A stretch of 64,000 nt of DNA from Spirochaetales bacterium (GCA_037142615.1 JBAXAI010000018.1:11394-75393); one strand, 5' to 3'. Counted from the first letter of the stretch, positions 25,898 to 36,091 are shown. Notes: generated from the letters alone by a model not told the origin. Made by a program: numbers and translations.

Positions 25898-28015
25898 ATG
25901 TCCGAATCCAACGAAGTTCCGACCGGAGTCCCCGCCCTGTTTGGGAGCAAGACCTTTGGCGATGCCACCCAGCGCGCCCGCCTCCCCAAGTCCGTGTACA
26001 AGGAACTGAAGCAAGTCAAGGAAGGCAAAAAAAAGCTGACCCCCGAAGTGGCCGAAGTCGTCGCCAACGCCCTCAAGGATTGGGCCCTCGAGCACGGAGC
26101 TACCCACTACACTCACTGGTTCCAACCCTTGACCGGCATCACCGCCGAAAAGCACGACTCGTTCATTAGCCCCGTCGGCGATGGCACCATCATCATGGAG
26201 TTTTCGGGCAAGGAACTCATTCAGGGTGAACCCGACGCCTCGTCGTTCCCGTCCGGAGGTCTGCGCGCCACGTTTGAGGCCCGCGGCTACACCGCTTGGG
26301 ACGCCTCGTCGCCGGCCTTTCTTAAGAGCGACGCCAGCGGCGTCACGTTGTGTATCCCCACCGCGTTCGTCGGCTACCACGGCCAGGCGCTCGACAAAAA
26401 GACCGCTCTGCTCCGCTCGATGGAAGCCCTGAACGTCCAGGCCGTCCGCGTGCTCAAAGCTCTGGGCAACACGACCAGCAGTCGCGTCACCACCACCGTC
26501 GGCCCCGAGCAGGAATATTTCCTCATCGACGAGGAATACTTCAACGCCCGCCCCGACCTGCTGCTGACCGGCCGCACGGTGCTCGGCACCCTCCCTGCCA
26601 AGGGGCAGGAACTCGAAGACCACTACTTCGGCGCAATCCCCGACAACGTGGCCGGTTTTATGCGCGAGTTCAACGAGGAACTCTGGAAGCTCGGCATCAC
26701 CGCCAAGACCCAGCACAACGAAGTGGCACCCCATCAGTACGAAATTGCGGTGATTTTTGATACCAGCAACGTGTCGGCCGACCAGAACCAGTTGGTGATG
26801 GAAACCCTACGCAAGGTGGCCACGCACCATGGCCTGGCTGGACTCATCCACGAAAAGCCCTTTGCCGGCGTGAACGGCTCGGGCAAGCACAACAACTGGT
26901 CTATGGGTACCGACGACGGGAAGAACCTGCTCGATCCGGGCAAGACCCCCCAGGACAACACCCAGTTCCTGCTGTTCGCCACCGCCGTGATCCAGGCCGT
27001 CGACGAGTACGCTTTGCTGCTGCGTACCGCTGCGGGTAACCCGGGCAACGACCACCGCTTGGGTGCCAACGAGGCTCCCCCGGCCATCATCTCGATCTTC
27101 CTCGGCAGCCAGTTGAGCGACATTCTCGACGCCATCGCCGACGGCAAGGACCTCAAGGCCAAGGAAGGCACCAAGTTGGCGTTGGGGCACAACAGCCTGC
27201 CCGACCTTCCCAAGGACATGACCGACCGCAACCGAACCAGCCCGTTCGCGTTTACCGGCAACAAGTTCGAGTTCCGCATGGTTCCTGCCGGCGATTCGAT
27301 CAGCGGTCCCAACGTGGTGCTCAACACCGTGGTGGCCGACAGTCTGGCTCAGTTTGCCGATCGCCTCGAAAAGGCCAAGGACAAGCTGGCGGAAGTCCGC
27401 AAGATCATCGCCGAAAGCTACAAAGCACACCGAAAAGTGGTGTTCAACGGTAACGGGTACGCTCAGGAATGGCAGGACGAAGCCGCCAAGCGGGGCTTGC
27501 CCAACGTGAAGGCCTGGGTTGACTGTATTCCTGAGCTGGCTTCGAAGAAGAGCGTCGCCCTGTTTGGCAAGCACGCTGTGTTGAGCGCGGAAGAACTGCA
27601 CAGCCGCGTCGAGATCTACCTCGAAAAGTACGCCAAGACGATCAACATCGAAGCCGGCGTGATGGTCGAAATGGTGAAGAAGAACATCCTTCCCTCGGCC
27701 ATCGACTGGCTGACGGGGTTGGCGGGCAGCATCGAAGTGCTCGAGTCGGCCAAGGTGCCCACCACGGGCGCCACCGCCCAGCTGAAGGAAGCCGGGGCCC
27801 TGGTCGAAAAATCGTACAAGGCCCTGGCCGCGCTCGAAAGCAAGCTTGCCAAGACCCGCGCCATCGACGACATCCACAAGAAGGCAAAGGCCTTCCGTGA
27901 AAGCGTCTTTGCGGCGATGAGCGACGTGCGCAAGGAGGTGGACGCCCTCGAGCGCCTGATGCCGGCCGACTTCTATCCGTACCCGACCTACGAAGACATG
28001 CTCTTTCGCTTTTAG
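25898..28015 (+). CDS. glnA: Glutamine synthetase type III
   Basis: GATHYTHWFQPL, GEPDASSFPSGG, HNEVAP, NGSGKHNNWS, RLGANEAPP, DRNRTSPFAFTGNKFEFR; AGGAG RBS. Confidence 0.96.
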   Translation: MSESNEVPTGVPALFGSKTFGDATQRARLPKSVYKELKQVKEGKKKLTPEVAEVVANALKDWALEHGATHYTHWFQPLTGITAEKHDSFISPVGDGTIIMEFSGKELIQGEPDASSFPSGGLRATFEARGYTAWDASSPAFLKSDASGVTLCIPTAFVGYHGQALDKKTALLRSMEALNVQAVRVLKALGNTTSSRVTTTVGPEQEYFLIDEEYFNARPDLLLTGRTVLGTLPAKGQELEDHYFGAIPDNVAGFMREFNEELWKLGITAKTQHNEVAPHQYEIAVIFDTSNVSADQNQLVMETLRKVATHHGLAGLIHEKPFAGVNGSGKHNNWSMGTDDGKNLLDPGKTPQDNTQFLLFATAVIQAVDEYALLLRTAAGNPGNDHRLGANEAPPAIISIFLGSQLSDILDAIADGKDLKAKEGTKLALGHNSLPDLPKDMTDRNRTSPFAFTGNKFEFRMVPAGDSISGPNVVLNTVVADSLAQFADRLEKAKDKLAEVRKIIAESYKAHRKVVFNGNGYAQEWQDEAAKRGLPNVKAWVDCIPELASKKSVALFGKHAVLSAEELHSRVEIYLEKYAKTINIEAGVMVEMVKKNILPSAIDWLTGLAGSIEVLESAKVPTTGATAQLKEAGALVEKSYKALAALESKLAKTRAIDDIHKKAKAFRESVFAAMSDVRKEVDALERLMPADFYPYPTYEDMLFRF

Positions 28016-28032
28016 TCCCCTGCGTTGAAACG

Positions 28033-28062
28033 AAGGCCGCCTTTCGGGGCGGCCTTTTTTTT
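28033..28062 (+). terminator. Rho-independent terminator of glnA
   Basis: AAGGCCGCCT-TTCG-GGGCGGCCTT followed by a T tract. Confidence 0.88.
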
Positions 28063-28084
28063 GTCATCGGGTGTACCATGGGGC

Positions 28085-29191
28085 ATGCCTGTCCCCTCTG
28101 CCTCAGTCCGGCTCGTGAATGTCTCCAAAACCTTCCGCTCCGCCGATCGGGTCGGGCCGGGGTCGGCCATCGGTGCTGTGGTCGAAGGCAACCTGCTGCG
28201 CGAGATGGTGTCGGGTACGGCAAGTTCCTTCACCCTGAGCAACCTCAACCTCGAGTTTCCCGCCGGCAAGACCTCGGTGATTCTGGGGCCCTCGGGGTGC
28301 GGCAAGAGCTCCCTTTTGCGGTTGCTGGCGGGGTTCGAGCCCCCCGATCGCGGGAGTATTTTCTTTGGCGAAAATGACATGACCCGGTCCAGGCCCTCGG
28401 AACGCGGGCTCGGAATGGTGTTTCAAGACTACGCCTTGTACCCCAACCTCAAGGCCGAGACCAACGTGCTCAGTTGGTTCGCGTTCCGTAAGCCTACGCC
28501 GGTGCTTGCCGAGGAAGCACGCCTCAAGCTGGAACGAACCGCGCAGTTGCTGGGGGTGTCGCTTACCAGTCTGCTCGGACGGATGCCCAAGGGACTTTCC
28601 GGCGGTGAGCGTCAGCGGGTTGCCCTTGGCCGATGCCTCACCCGGGATCCCCGGCTTTTTCTTTTGGACGAACCGTTTTCCAGCCTGGATGCGCCGCTGC
28701 GCGAACGTTACCGGGTCGAACTGCGCCGACTGCTCACAGAGTTCCACATCACCACGGTGCTGGTGACCCACGATCAGCAGGAGGCGTCGGTGCTAGCCGA
28801 CAGACTGTTCGTGATGGACCAAGGCCGCGTCGTGCAGGAAGGCTCTCCGCGCGAGTTGACCGAGTCACCGGTCAGCCGGTTTGTGGCCGAGTTTTGGAAT
28901 CCCGATCCCCTGCTTCCGGCAATGATCTGGTTGCAATTCGAGGGTGAGACGGTCGGCTTCCGTCCCCACGACCTGACTATCCTACCGCTGGCTTCACTGG
29001 CCGCCGATCGGCCCCCCCAGAGTGAGTTTCTGCCGGTCACAGTCCTTGGAGGTGCAGACCTTGCGTTCGGAGGGCGCCGGGTACTTCAGGTTCAGCTTCA
29101 GGGCCAAACCGTTCCGGTGCCGCTGCGTGACGGAATGCCTCTTGCGCCCGGGCCCGCTTTGCTCACCTGGACCCGCGTTCTGAGATTCTAG
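28085..29191 (+). CDS. Orphan ABC transporter ATP-binding protein (MalK/PotA-like)
   Basis: GPSGCGKS, VFQDYALYP, LSGGERQRVA, LLDEPFS, VTHDQ. Confidence 0.88.
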   Translation: MPVPSASVRLVNVSKTFRSADRVGPGSAIGAVVEGNLLREMVSGTASSFTLSNLNLEFPAGKTSVILGPSGCGKSSLLRLLAGFEPPDRGSIFFGENDMTRSRPSERGLGMVFQDYALYPNLKAETNVLSWFAFRKPTPVLAEEARLKLERTAQLLGVSLTSLLGRMPKGLSGGERQRVALGRCLTRDPRLFLLDEPFSSLDAPLRERYRVELRRLLTEFHITTVLVTHDQQEASVLADRLFVMDQGRVVQEGSPRELTESPVSRFVAEFWNPDPLLPAMIWLQFEGETVGFRPHDLTILPLASLAADRPPQSEFLPVTVLGGADLAFGGRRVLQVQLQGQTVPVPLRDGMPLAPGPALLTWTRVLRF

Positions 29192-29226
29192 GCGCCGCAA
29201 TCCCGTACCGGCGCAAGACCCAGGGC

Positions 29227-29256
29227 AAAAAAAAACCGCTCCCCAACGGAGCGGTT
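29227..29256 (-). terminator. Rho-independent terminator of rpmB
   Basis: AACCGCTCC/GGAGCGGTT stem preceded by A9 on the + strand. Confidence 0.8.
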
Positions 29257-29287
29257 CGCTTGTCCCAGCGGTTGCCGGGCAAAAGCC

Positions 29288-29515
29288 TCAGACCTTAACG
29301 ATCTTGTTGGCCTTGAGGCAAGACGTGCAGATCTTGATGTGCTGAACGGTGGAGTTCAGAACCGTTTTGACTTTGACGATGTTGGCTTTGAAGGTCCGCT
29401 TGGTGCGCACACCAACGTGCTGACCAGCACCACCCTGCTTCTTCGGCTGACCTTTGCGAGGAACGTTGTTCCCGGACATGGTGCCCTTTCCGCAAATTTC
29501 ACATTTTCTGGCCAT
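29288..29515 (-). CDS. rpmB: 50S ribosomal protein L28 (zinc-ribbon form)
   Basis: MARKCEICGK..GNNV..TKRTFKAN..ICTSCLK; extended KGQPKKQGGAG loop. Confidence 0.95.
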   Translation of the reverse strand: MARKCEICGKGTMSGNNVPRKGQPKKQGGAGQHVGVRTKRTFKANIVKVKTVLNSTVQHIKICTSCLKANKIVKV

Positions 29516-29615
29516 AAGAATACCCCTTCCTGAAACTCTAGGGCAAAAACCTAGCATGAGAGCGAGGTGCGTGTAAAGTCCTGCAAAACAGGTTTGGATG
29601 TTTTAGACTAGGAGG

Positions 29616-32051
29616 ATGAAGCGTCTTTCTGCCCGCCCCCTGATGGTGTGGCTCACTTTCTTCCTCATCACCTTGGCCGTGGGGTCGACCCTTGCCCTCA
29701 ACCGTTTGAACAACCGCGACCGGGTGGTTACCGAGAAAGCGCAATGGATGGGCACGTTGGCCCGCGTGATCGACAAGACTATTTCCAATCAGTTGGTGCT
29801 GGCTTCTCACGTGCTCGATTCGCTCCGCGACGGTGTCTACGTGCATTCGCAGGATATCAATCAGTTGGCCTCGACGTTGCCGGGCATCCGCACCATTCTT
29901 CAAACCGATGTCTCGGGCCGGGTCATTGCGTCGAGTCGTCCGGAGTTGATGGACACGAGTCTGGCCGAGTCGGCTGTGTTCCGCGAGCTTCGCGAGGCCA
30001 CCGGTCGGCTGGGTTTTTCGCTGAGTGAACCCGCCGAATCGCTAGGCGGCACTCCCATCATTTTCGGTGTTAAAAAGGTCACCGACTCCCAGGGGAACTT
30101 CGCCGGTATCGTCGCGGTCGCGTTTGACCCGGAGTACTATCGGAACCTCCTGGACTCGGTTCGCGACGACCCGCAAATGTGGGTCCGCCTCTACCACGGT
30201 GCTGACCTGCTCTACCTTGAGCTCAATGACGGTCAGGCTCCCTCGCAAGAAAGCCGAGTTGCTTTGTCAACCGACTATGCGCAATACCGGTTGCACAGCC
30301 TGACAGCGTGGACCGTCTCGGAACCTTCGCCGCCGGCGAGTGGACTTCCGAGGGTCGCGGCCTTTCGAACCATCAACCCAACGGGGCTCGCATTGGACCA
30401 CCCGCTCATTATTGAGGTCGGTGAGGACCTGAGGCCGACTTTGGCTCAACTGCAGCGCGGAGAAGTGATGGTCTGGTTGCTGTTTGTTTTGGGGGTCGCG
30501 GTCGCGGCGGTTCTTCTGGTACTTTACAACTGGCGGCAAAGGAAGCACCGAAACGAAAACCGCCGCTTCACCGCGCTTCTTCAAGAGTCCTCCCTTCGTT
30601 TTCAACTGGCGACCGAAGCGGCGAGGCTGGGCGTGTGGGAATGGAACCCCGCTACCGACGTGCTCACCTGGGATTCCCAGATGCAGAGGCTCTACGGTGC
30701 CGACCCCAAGGGGCCGCCTCCGGAAATGGCCTCGTGGATGGCGATGATCGTCGAAGAGGATCGGGCGTTGGCACAACGGCAGCTTCAGATCTGCGTGAAC
30801 ACGCGTGAACCCTCGCATCGGACGTTCCGTATCCACCGGGGTGGTGAAGTGCGGTGGATTCAGTGTAACGCCCGCTTTTACCGTCAGCAGGGGGAATCTC
30901 CGGCCCGCGTGATCGGCATCAACGAAGACATCACGGCTCGGGTCGAAAGCGCCAACAACCTCGTGGCCAGTGAACGGTTCCTCAAGACGATCACCGAGAA
31001 GATCCCGACGATGATCGCCTATTTCGACGCTGACGAGGTGTGCCGCTTCGCCAACGACGGTTACGCTTTTTCACACGCACGGCGGCCCGAGGAACTCTTG
31101 GGCAAGACCATTTCGGAGATCCTCGGTGAAAACCTGTATGGGCAACGCAAGGCCCTGATTGAGCAGGCGAAGGCGGGTTTGCCCAGCGAGTTGCAGGCCA
31201 CGTCTGAGAATGCGCACGGTGTATCGGCCCAACTGTGGATCCACTACATTCCGGACTTGAGCGGCAGCACGATTCAGGGCTTCTTCGTTCTCGTCGATGA
31301 TGTCAGTGAACTCCGGTCTGCCCAGGCCCAGTTGGAGGCCCAACAGGGACGCCTCATCCTTAACTCCCGGATGGCTCAGATGGGCCAGTTGCTTAGCTTG
31401 ATCGCGCACCAGTGGCGCCAGCCCCTGACGGTGATTAGCACTCTGGTGGGCAACATTCAGCTCAAGGCGCAGCTGGCATCACTCGACTCGGAGTACTTAA
31501 TGCCAAAACTGGCCAAAATCGGCCAGACGGTGGTGAATCTATCCGACACGATCGACACGTTAAGGTTGTTCTACGCCCCTGCCAAACAGAAAGACAAGGC
31601 AGACCTTGGTGATTTGACTTCGAAGGCCCTGGAGTTGCTCGCGCCCGTCCTCAAGACCGAGACTCTTGAGGTCCGCTTCGATCCACCGCAGCCACCGCTT
31701 TGGTCCACCGTGTTCCGGGCCGAGCTCATGCAGGTCATCATCGAACTCATCGGAAACGCCCGCAGCGCTTTGAGTGGACGCTCGGGTTGGGTTTCGATTG
31801 TCTGGTCGGTGCAAGGCAGCGACACCGTGCTCGAAATGTCGAACAACGGCGGGGCGATTGCCGACAATGTTCTCCCCAAGATTTTTTTGCCACACTATAC
31901 TTCCAGTGCCGAAGGGGCCGGTACGGGTATGGGTCTCCACATGGTAAAGGTCATCATCGAAGACCACCACGGCGGTACCATCCGCGCCTCAAGTGACGGC
32001 GATGTGACGCTCTTCCGGATTTCGCTCCCCACGGAGGTTCCTGTTTCATGA
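29616..32051 (+). CDS. Sensor histidine kinase (periplasmic Cache-like, 2 PAS, HisKA-HATPase)
   Basis: 2 TM; GVWEWN PAS, VCRFAN PAS, H-box IAHQWRQPL, GTGMGL. Confidence 0.9.
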   Translation: MKRLSARPLMVWLTFFLITLAVGSTLALNRLNNRDRVVTEKAQWMGTLARVIDKTISNQLVLASHVLDSLRDGVYVHSQDINQLASTLPGIRTILQTDVSGRVIASSRPELMDTSLAESAVFRELREATGRLGFSLSEPAESLGGTPIIFGVKKVTDSQGNFAGIVAVAFDPEYYRNLLDSVRDDPQMWVRLYHGADLLYLELNDGQAPSQESRVALSTDYAQYRLHSLTAWTVSEPSPPASGLPRVAAFRTINPTGLALDHPLIIEVGEDLRPTLAQLQRGEVMVWLLFVLGVAVAAVLLVLYNWRQRKHRNENRRFTALLQESSLRFQLATEAARLGVWEWNPATDVLTWDSQMQRLYGADPKGPPPEMASWMAMIVEEDRALAQRQLQICVNTREPSHRTFRIHRGGEVRWIQCNARFYRQQGESPARVIGINEDITARVESANNLVASERFLKTITEKIPTMIAYFDADEVCRFANDGYAFSHARRPEELLGKTISEILGENLYGQRKALIEQAKAGLPSELQATSENAHGVSAQLWIHYIPDLSGSTIQGFFVLVDDVSELRSAQAQLEAQQGRLILNSRMAQMGQLLSLIAHQWRQPLTVISTLVGNIQLKAQLASLDSEYLMPKLAKIGQTVVNLSDTIDTLRLFYAPAKQKDKADLGDLTSKALELLAPVLKTETLEVRFDPPQPPLWSTVFRAELMQVIIELIGNARSALSGRSGWVSIVWSVQGSDTVLEMSNNGGAIADNVLPKIFLPHYTSSAEGAGTGMGLHMVKVIIEDHHGGTIRASSDGDVTLFRISLPTEVPVS

Positions 32052-33247
32052 TCAGCCTTTCGACCACACCGTCTCCGTTCCTCCAGCGAATTTTGGCGCT
32101 TTCCCGCGAAGCCACCGTCCTCTACGTCGAAGACGAGGCAGAGATACGGCAGGAGATGACCGAGATCCTTACCTCGCTTTTTCCCGAGGTGGTCACGGCT
32201 TCCAACGGTCGCGACGGGCTGGAACTTCTGCGCAGCCGTGAGTTTCTTCTTGTGATCACCGATATCAACATGCCCGTGATGAGTGGTATCGAGATGATCG
32301 CCGAAGTCCGTACCTTTCGACCTCACCAGTCGATTCTGGTGACTTCGGCGTACAGCGATGCCAACAACCTCATTCCGTTGCTCAACCTGGGCGTCGGTAG
32401 CTTCCTCCTCAAGCCGCTCAACTGGGAGCAGCTGTTGCCGACTTTGTACAAGGAACTCTCGATGGCTTTGTCGGCCCAGCAGGAAATTCGTTATCAGCAG
32501 AGGCTGGCCAAAGAAGTGGAGTTGCGCACGGCCGAGCTCCACGAGGCCCAACAACAAGTGCTGAAATTGAGCGAGGCCAAGGACAACATGCTGGCGCTGA
32601 TCAGTCACGAGATGCGAACGCCCCTGAACGCTATCCTGGGGTTTCTCGACTTGGTGCGGCCCGCCTTGGCGGCTGACCAGGAGGCCTTGGGCTACCTCCA
32701 GTTCATCGACCAGGCCTCACGGAGGCTCGATCGGTCCACCCAGAAGGCTCTGGAGTTCAGTCAGTTTTCGACGGGCAAGAAGAGCATCCACCTCGACGAG
32801 TTCCCGGTCCAACCGCTGTTGACCCAGGTTTGGGGCCAGGTGCTGGAGTCGCTCCACCCCGACAATCGGCCGCAGTTCAATTGCGACGCCGTCGCAGGTC
32901 GATCCCTGTTCAGCGACAGCGACCTGGTGACCGAGGCCGTACGAAACCTGTTCGAGAACGCGATCAAGTATGGTGGTGAACACCCTCAGGTCGAGGTCAG
33001 TCTGGTGGCCCGCTCGGTCTGGCTGGAACTGACCGTACGCGACCATGGGCCGGGTTTCAACACTGTTGCGCTCGCGCAACTGTTCACGCCCTTCATGTCA
33101 GGAAACATCATGCACCATTCCGAGGGAATGGGGCTGGGGCTGGCTCTGGTTGATGTGATCCTGCTCACGTTGGGCGGAAAGGCCAGCGGCGGCAACGCCT
33201 CCGACGGCGGGGCCTGGGTCACTCTTTCGTTCCCGATAGGGCGGTGA
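32048..33247 (+). CDS. Hybrid receiver-histidine kinase
   Basis: VLYVED, TDINMP, LKP receiver; SHEMRTPLN, NAIKY, DHGPG, GMGLGL; ATGA overlap. Confidence 0.92.
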   Translation: MISLSTTPSPFLQRILALSREATVLYVEDEAEIRQEMTEILTSLFPEVVTASNGRDGLELLRSREFLLVITDINMPVMSGIEMIAEVRTFRPHQSILVTSAYSDANNLIPLLNLGVGSFLLKPLNWEQLLPTLYKELSMALSAQQEIRYQQRLAKEVELRTAELHEAQQQVLKLSEAKDNMLALISHEMRTPLNAILGFLDLVRPALAADQEALGYLQFIDQASRRLDRSTQKALEFSQFSTGKKSIHLDEFPVQPLLTQVWGQVLESLHPDNRPQFNCDAVAGRSLFSDSDLVTEAVRNLFENAIKYGGEHPQVEVSLVARSVWLELTVRDHGPGFNTVALAQLFTPFMSGNIMHHSEGMGLGLALVDVILLTLGGKASGGNASDGGAWVTLSFPIGR

Positions 33248-34703
33248 CCGATTCCAAGTTTCCGGAAATGACCCCGAAAAGTCGCCCTGCCAAGGCCTCG
33301 AGGTCGGCGCTGGCGACGAGGAGTTCCGCTACAACCTGTGCGCGCTGAGCCGGACTCAAGTTGGTGCTGCGGGCCAGAACCCGGTTGCCGAAGTACGAGG
33401 GCCACGCACCGCGCCCCTGCTGAAGCACGTAGGCCTGGAACTCGTTGATCATCAGGGGCTCATCGGTGGGATCATACTGGGAGAATGCCAGAAAGCTCCG
33501 AAAGGCCTTTTTGGTCCCTTCGCTCAGCTGATTCCAGCGGTCGCGCACCCCCCGCCGAAACTCGTCGCTGGTAAAATACAGGCCATGGAAGCCTTCGTGA
33601 GTGAACAGAAACCCTCGGAGGGTCGGCGGTGACTCGGCACTGACGCCCAGCACGGCACCTTGGCCCGCCTTCCAGCCCCCGCCCTCGACGAGCAGGATTC
33701 CCGAAGCCACCAATCGCTCCCGAAGCTCGAGCTCGCTCGGATTCAGCGGAAATTGGCGGACCGCGGCCAGCGAATAGAAGTTGGCCAGATCGCTCGCTGC
33801 GTAGTCATGGGCGTTCCAGCCGTGCTGCCCCGCCAGAGCCTCGTCGCTGACCAAAGTTCCCCGGGTGCCCGTTTTTTCGACAAAAAAGGCCAACCGTTTG
33901 AAATAATCGTCTTGCACGGCGTACGAGGCGGTGACCAACACCAGGACGTTCGGCGCGGTCGCCCAGGCAAACCACTCGCGCGCGGAATTGCGCCACTGGG
34001 CATGCGGCCAGACGAGCAGCGTCGCCGTGTCGGCCGGCAAGGGTTGGTCGCCGGCGATACCCGTGGCTCTGAGCTCACGAGGCGAAAAATCCGCGTCGGT
34101 GGCCGCGCTGAGCGTGACCAGCCGGGGGGGCACGCCCCACGCCTGCGGCGAATAGGCCCATTTTGTGACTTCCGGACCCAGTTCAAAGCGTTTTGACACA
34201 CCCTCGCCACTGACTGTCGCCTCCCACGGGCCTTTCGCCCGAACGTCAAGGATCAGTTGCGGTGTGAAAGACGGGGCGGCATTCCAGGCCGGAAACTCAA
34301 ACTGGTACAAGGGATGTCCGGACCTCAGGCGGGTTACCTGAAGCTCGTTGCCCTCTGCCGGCCTCTTTGTGGTTCGAAGCGTTGCCACTGCAGACTTCCA
34401 GACACCGCTCACGCTGACGCGGAGGGTGCCGGGAGGAAGAGGCCACGACCAGGTGACCGGCAAGCCCGCGACGAGGGGCAATTCGGCGAGCGTGCGGAAG
34501 CCGGCGCCTTCGAGCAGCAGGTGAACTTGAAGCGCTCCGCTCAGTGGGCCGATGACAACCCATGGATGTTGACTGGCCTCGTCCGCTGATAGGGACAAGA
34601 CCGATTTCTGCGCCCCGCCGAGCGTCAGCGTTCCTAAAGAAAGGGCCCACGCCGGGGGGACCAAAAGGCACCCCAAAAGCAGCAGGTTGATCTTGCGTCG
34701 CAT
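33219..34703 (-). CDS. Secreted hypothetical protein with HExxH motif (possible zinc metallopeptidase)
   Basis: Signal peptide; THEGFHG and downstream NEFQAY. Confidence 0.7.
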   Translation of the reverse strand: MRRKINLLLLGCLLVPPAWALSLGTLTLGGAQKSVLSLSADEASQHPWVVIGPLSGALQVHLLLEGAGFRTLAELPLVAGLPVTWSWPLPPGTLRVSVSGVWKSAVATLRTTKRPAEGNELQVTRLRSGHPLYQFEFPAWNAAPSFTPQLILDVRAKGPWEATVSGEGVSKRFELGPEVTKWAYSPQAWGVPPRLVTLSAATDADFSPRELRATGIAGDQPLPADTATLLVWPHAQWRNSAREWFAWATAPNVLVLVTASYAVQDDYFKRLAFFVEKTGTRGTLVSDEALAGQHGWNAHDYAASDLANFYSLAAVRQFPLNPSELELRERLVASGILLVEGGGWKAGQGAVLGVSAESPPTLRGFLFTHEGFHGLYFTSDEFRRGVRDRWNQLSEGTKKAFRSFLAFSQYDPTDEPLMINEFQAYVLQQGRGAWPSYFGNRVLARSTNLSPAQRAQVVAELLVASADLEALAGRLFGVISGNLESVTALSGTKE

Positions 34704-34732
34704 GAGGCCATACTATCACGGGTGGAAACCCG

Positions 34733-35143
34733 ATGAAACAACGCTACCTTGTCTGGATGCCTCCCGACGGCGATGCCCGACTTACCACCCTGCAGGACGA
34801 CTTGGCTTTCTCCTCCGGTCGCGCCGAGTTTGGCGCCCGGCCGCCTCACCTGATGCTGCCTGAGGGAACCCCGCGTCCAACGTCTCCGGTTCGCACCGGA
34901 GCCTGGGTGGATTCCCCAGAGGGTCTTTTTCTCGAGCTGTTTGAGGGAAAACGACTTCTTGGCCTTGTTCGCCTGGCCGAAGCGTGGAGGGTCGAGGCAG
35001 GGAAGGTGCCCCGGCCGGCGGAGGATTGGGGCGAAGCCCCCGTCTGGACCTGGCGACGGGGCAAATGGGCGATGATGACCGTCTGGACCGGCTCGACTTC
35101 GCTGAGTTGGAGCTTCGAACCGGTTTCCGGCTGGAAGGCTTAG
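34733..35143 (+). CDS. Small hypothetical protein
   Basis: 136 aa, globular-looking composition; overlapped by the run-on tail of the opposite ORF. Confidence 0.5.
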   Translation: MKQRYLVWMPPDGDARLTTLQDDLAFSSGRAEFGARPPHLMLPEGTPRPTSPVRTGAWVDSPEGLFLELFEGKRLLGLVRLAEAWRVEAGKVPRPAEDWGEAPVWTWRRGKWAMMTVWTGSTSLSWSFEPVSGWKA

Positions 35144-36002
35144 GTTTCCACGGAACCAAGGTATTGGCCCGGCCGATACTCGACTTGCCCGAGGCCACGA
35201 TCATCCAGGTATCTGCCGTCCCTCTGCACCAGGTTCGTGTCGCGGTGGTGCCCTGAGGGCTTCGCTCCTGCCCTTCGCCCAAGGGGACCCCGGCCGCTGT
35301 TGCCAGTTTACGGGCCTCACCGGCGCGAAGCGCCCACGCAAAGGCATCGAGAGGCGCCTCCCCCGGCCCGGTGCGAAGCGTCAGCAACCCCGTTACCGCA
35401 GAAAGTCCCTTGCCAGCCGGTTGAAAAAATACTTTCCCGGCGGCAGAAGTCCCCGGCTTGTAAAGGACGACCAGTAAAGCTCCCTTGGCTACCTCGGTGT
35501 CAGGAAAGACGAAATCCTGATGGGTCCCTGGCCCCCGGTAGTCGAGCGTCAGGCCCCCCAGGTTGCCGGCCTGGGTCACCAGCACCTCGACGGCATCGGG
35601 CTTGTCACCGGTGCCGGCAAACCTGACCTCGTTGAGGCGCACCCCGGCCGGATGTTCGTTGGGACCCAGCAACTTACCTTGCAAACTGGTCGGATTGCCG
35701 GCCTTGTCGCCAACGGAGACCGACCAGTGGTACTCCTTTCCTGGTCGCAGGCCCGAGGGAAGCCCGAGTAACAGGCGGGTCTCTTCGAGCTTCACAGGTA
35801 CCTGCGGGGCAAAGTCGCCGTCTGCCGTGGCCTTTCCCAGCGGCTCATCCCATTCCAGAACCAGGGACCATCCAGTGCCCCCGGGTGTGGTGGGTGCGAG
35901 GTGATGCCGCTGAAGCTTGGGGCCTTGAGTGTCACGAGGTTCGCCTCCGACGCAGGCTGCCAGCGTGACCGCCAGGGCAAGAGCAGGTATGAAGTTGCGC
36001 AT
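34782..36002 (-). CDS. Lipoprotein with Ig-like + lamin-tail-like domain; true end probably near 35140
   Basis: AAGGAG RBS, lipobox LAAC; RLNEVR..DAVEV..AGNLGG motif; low-complexity tail after 'PWKP'. Confidence 0.7.
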   Translation of the reverse strand: MRNFIPALALAVTLAACVGGEPRDTQGPKLQRHHLAPTTPGGTGWSLVLEWDEPLGKATADGDFAPQVPVKLEETRLLLGLPSGLRPGKEYHWSVSVGDKAGNPTSLQGKLLGPNEHPAGVRLNEVRFAGTGDKPDAVEVLVTQAGNLGGLTLDYRGPGTHQDFVFPDTEVAKGALLVVLYKPGTSAAGKVFFQPAGKGLSAVTGLLTLRTGPGEAPLDAFAWALRAGEARKLATAAGVPLGEGQERSPQGTTATRTWCRGTADTWMIVASGKSSIGRANTLVPWKPKPSSRKPVRSSNSAKSSRSRRSSSPICPVARSRRGLRPNPPPAGAPSLPRPSTLRPGEQGQEVVFPQTAREKDPLGNPPRLRCEPETLDAGFPQAASGEAAGRQTRRDRRRKPSRPAGW

Positions 36003-36091
36003 TGGATTCTCCTTGATGCCACAGACGGGGCAGAAGAGGGGTTTGCTTGCGCCAACCTTGAAAAATCGTCTCAAAACGCCGATAGAAGGGT

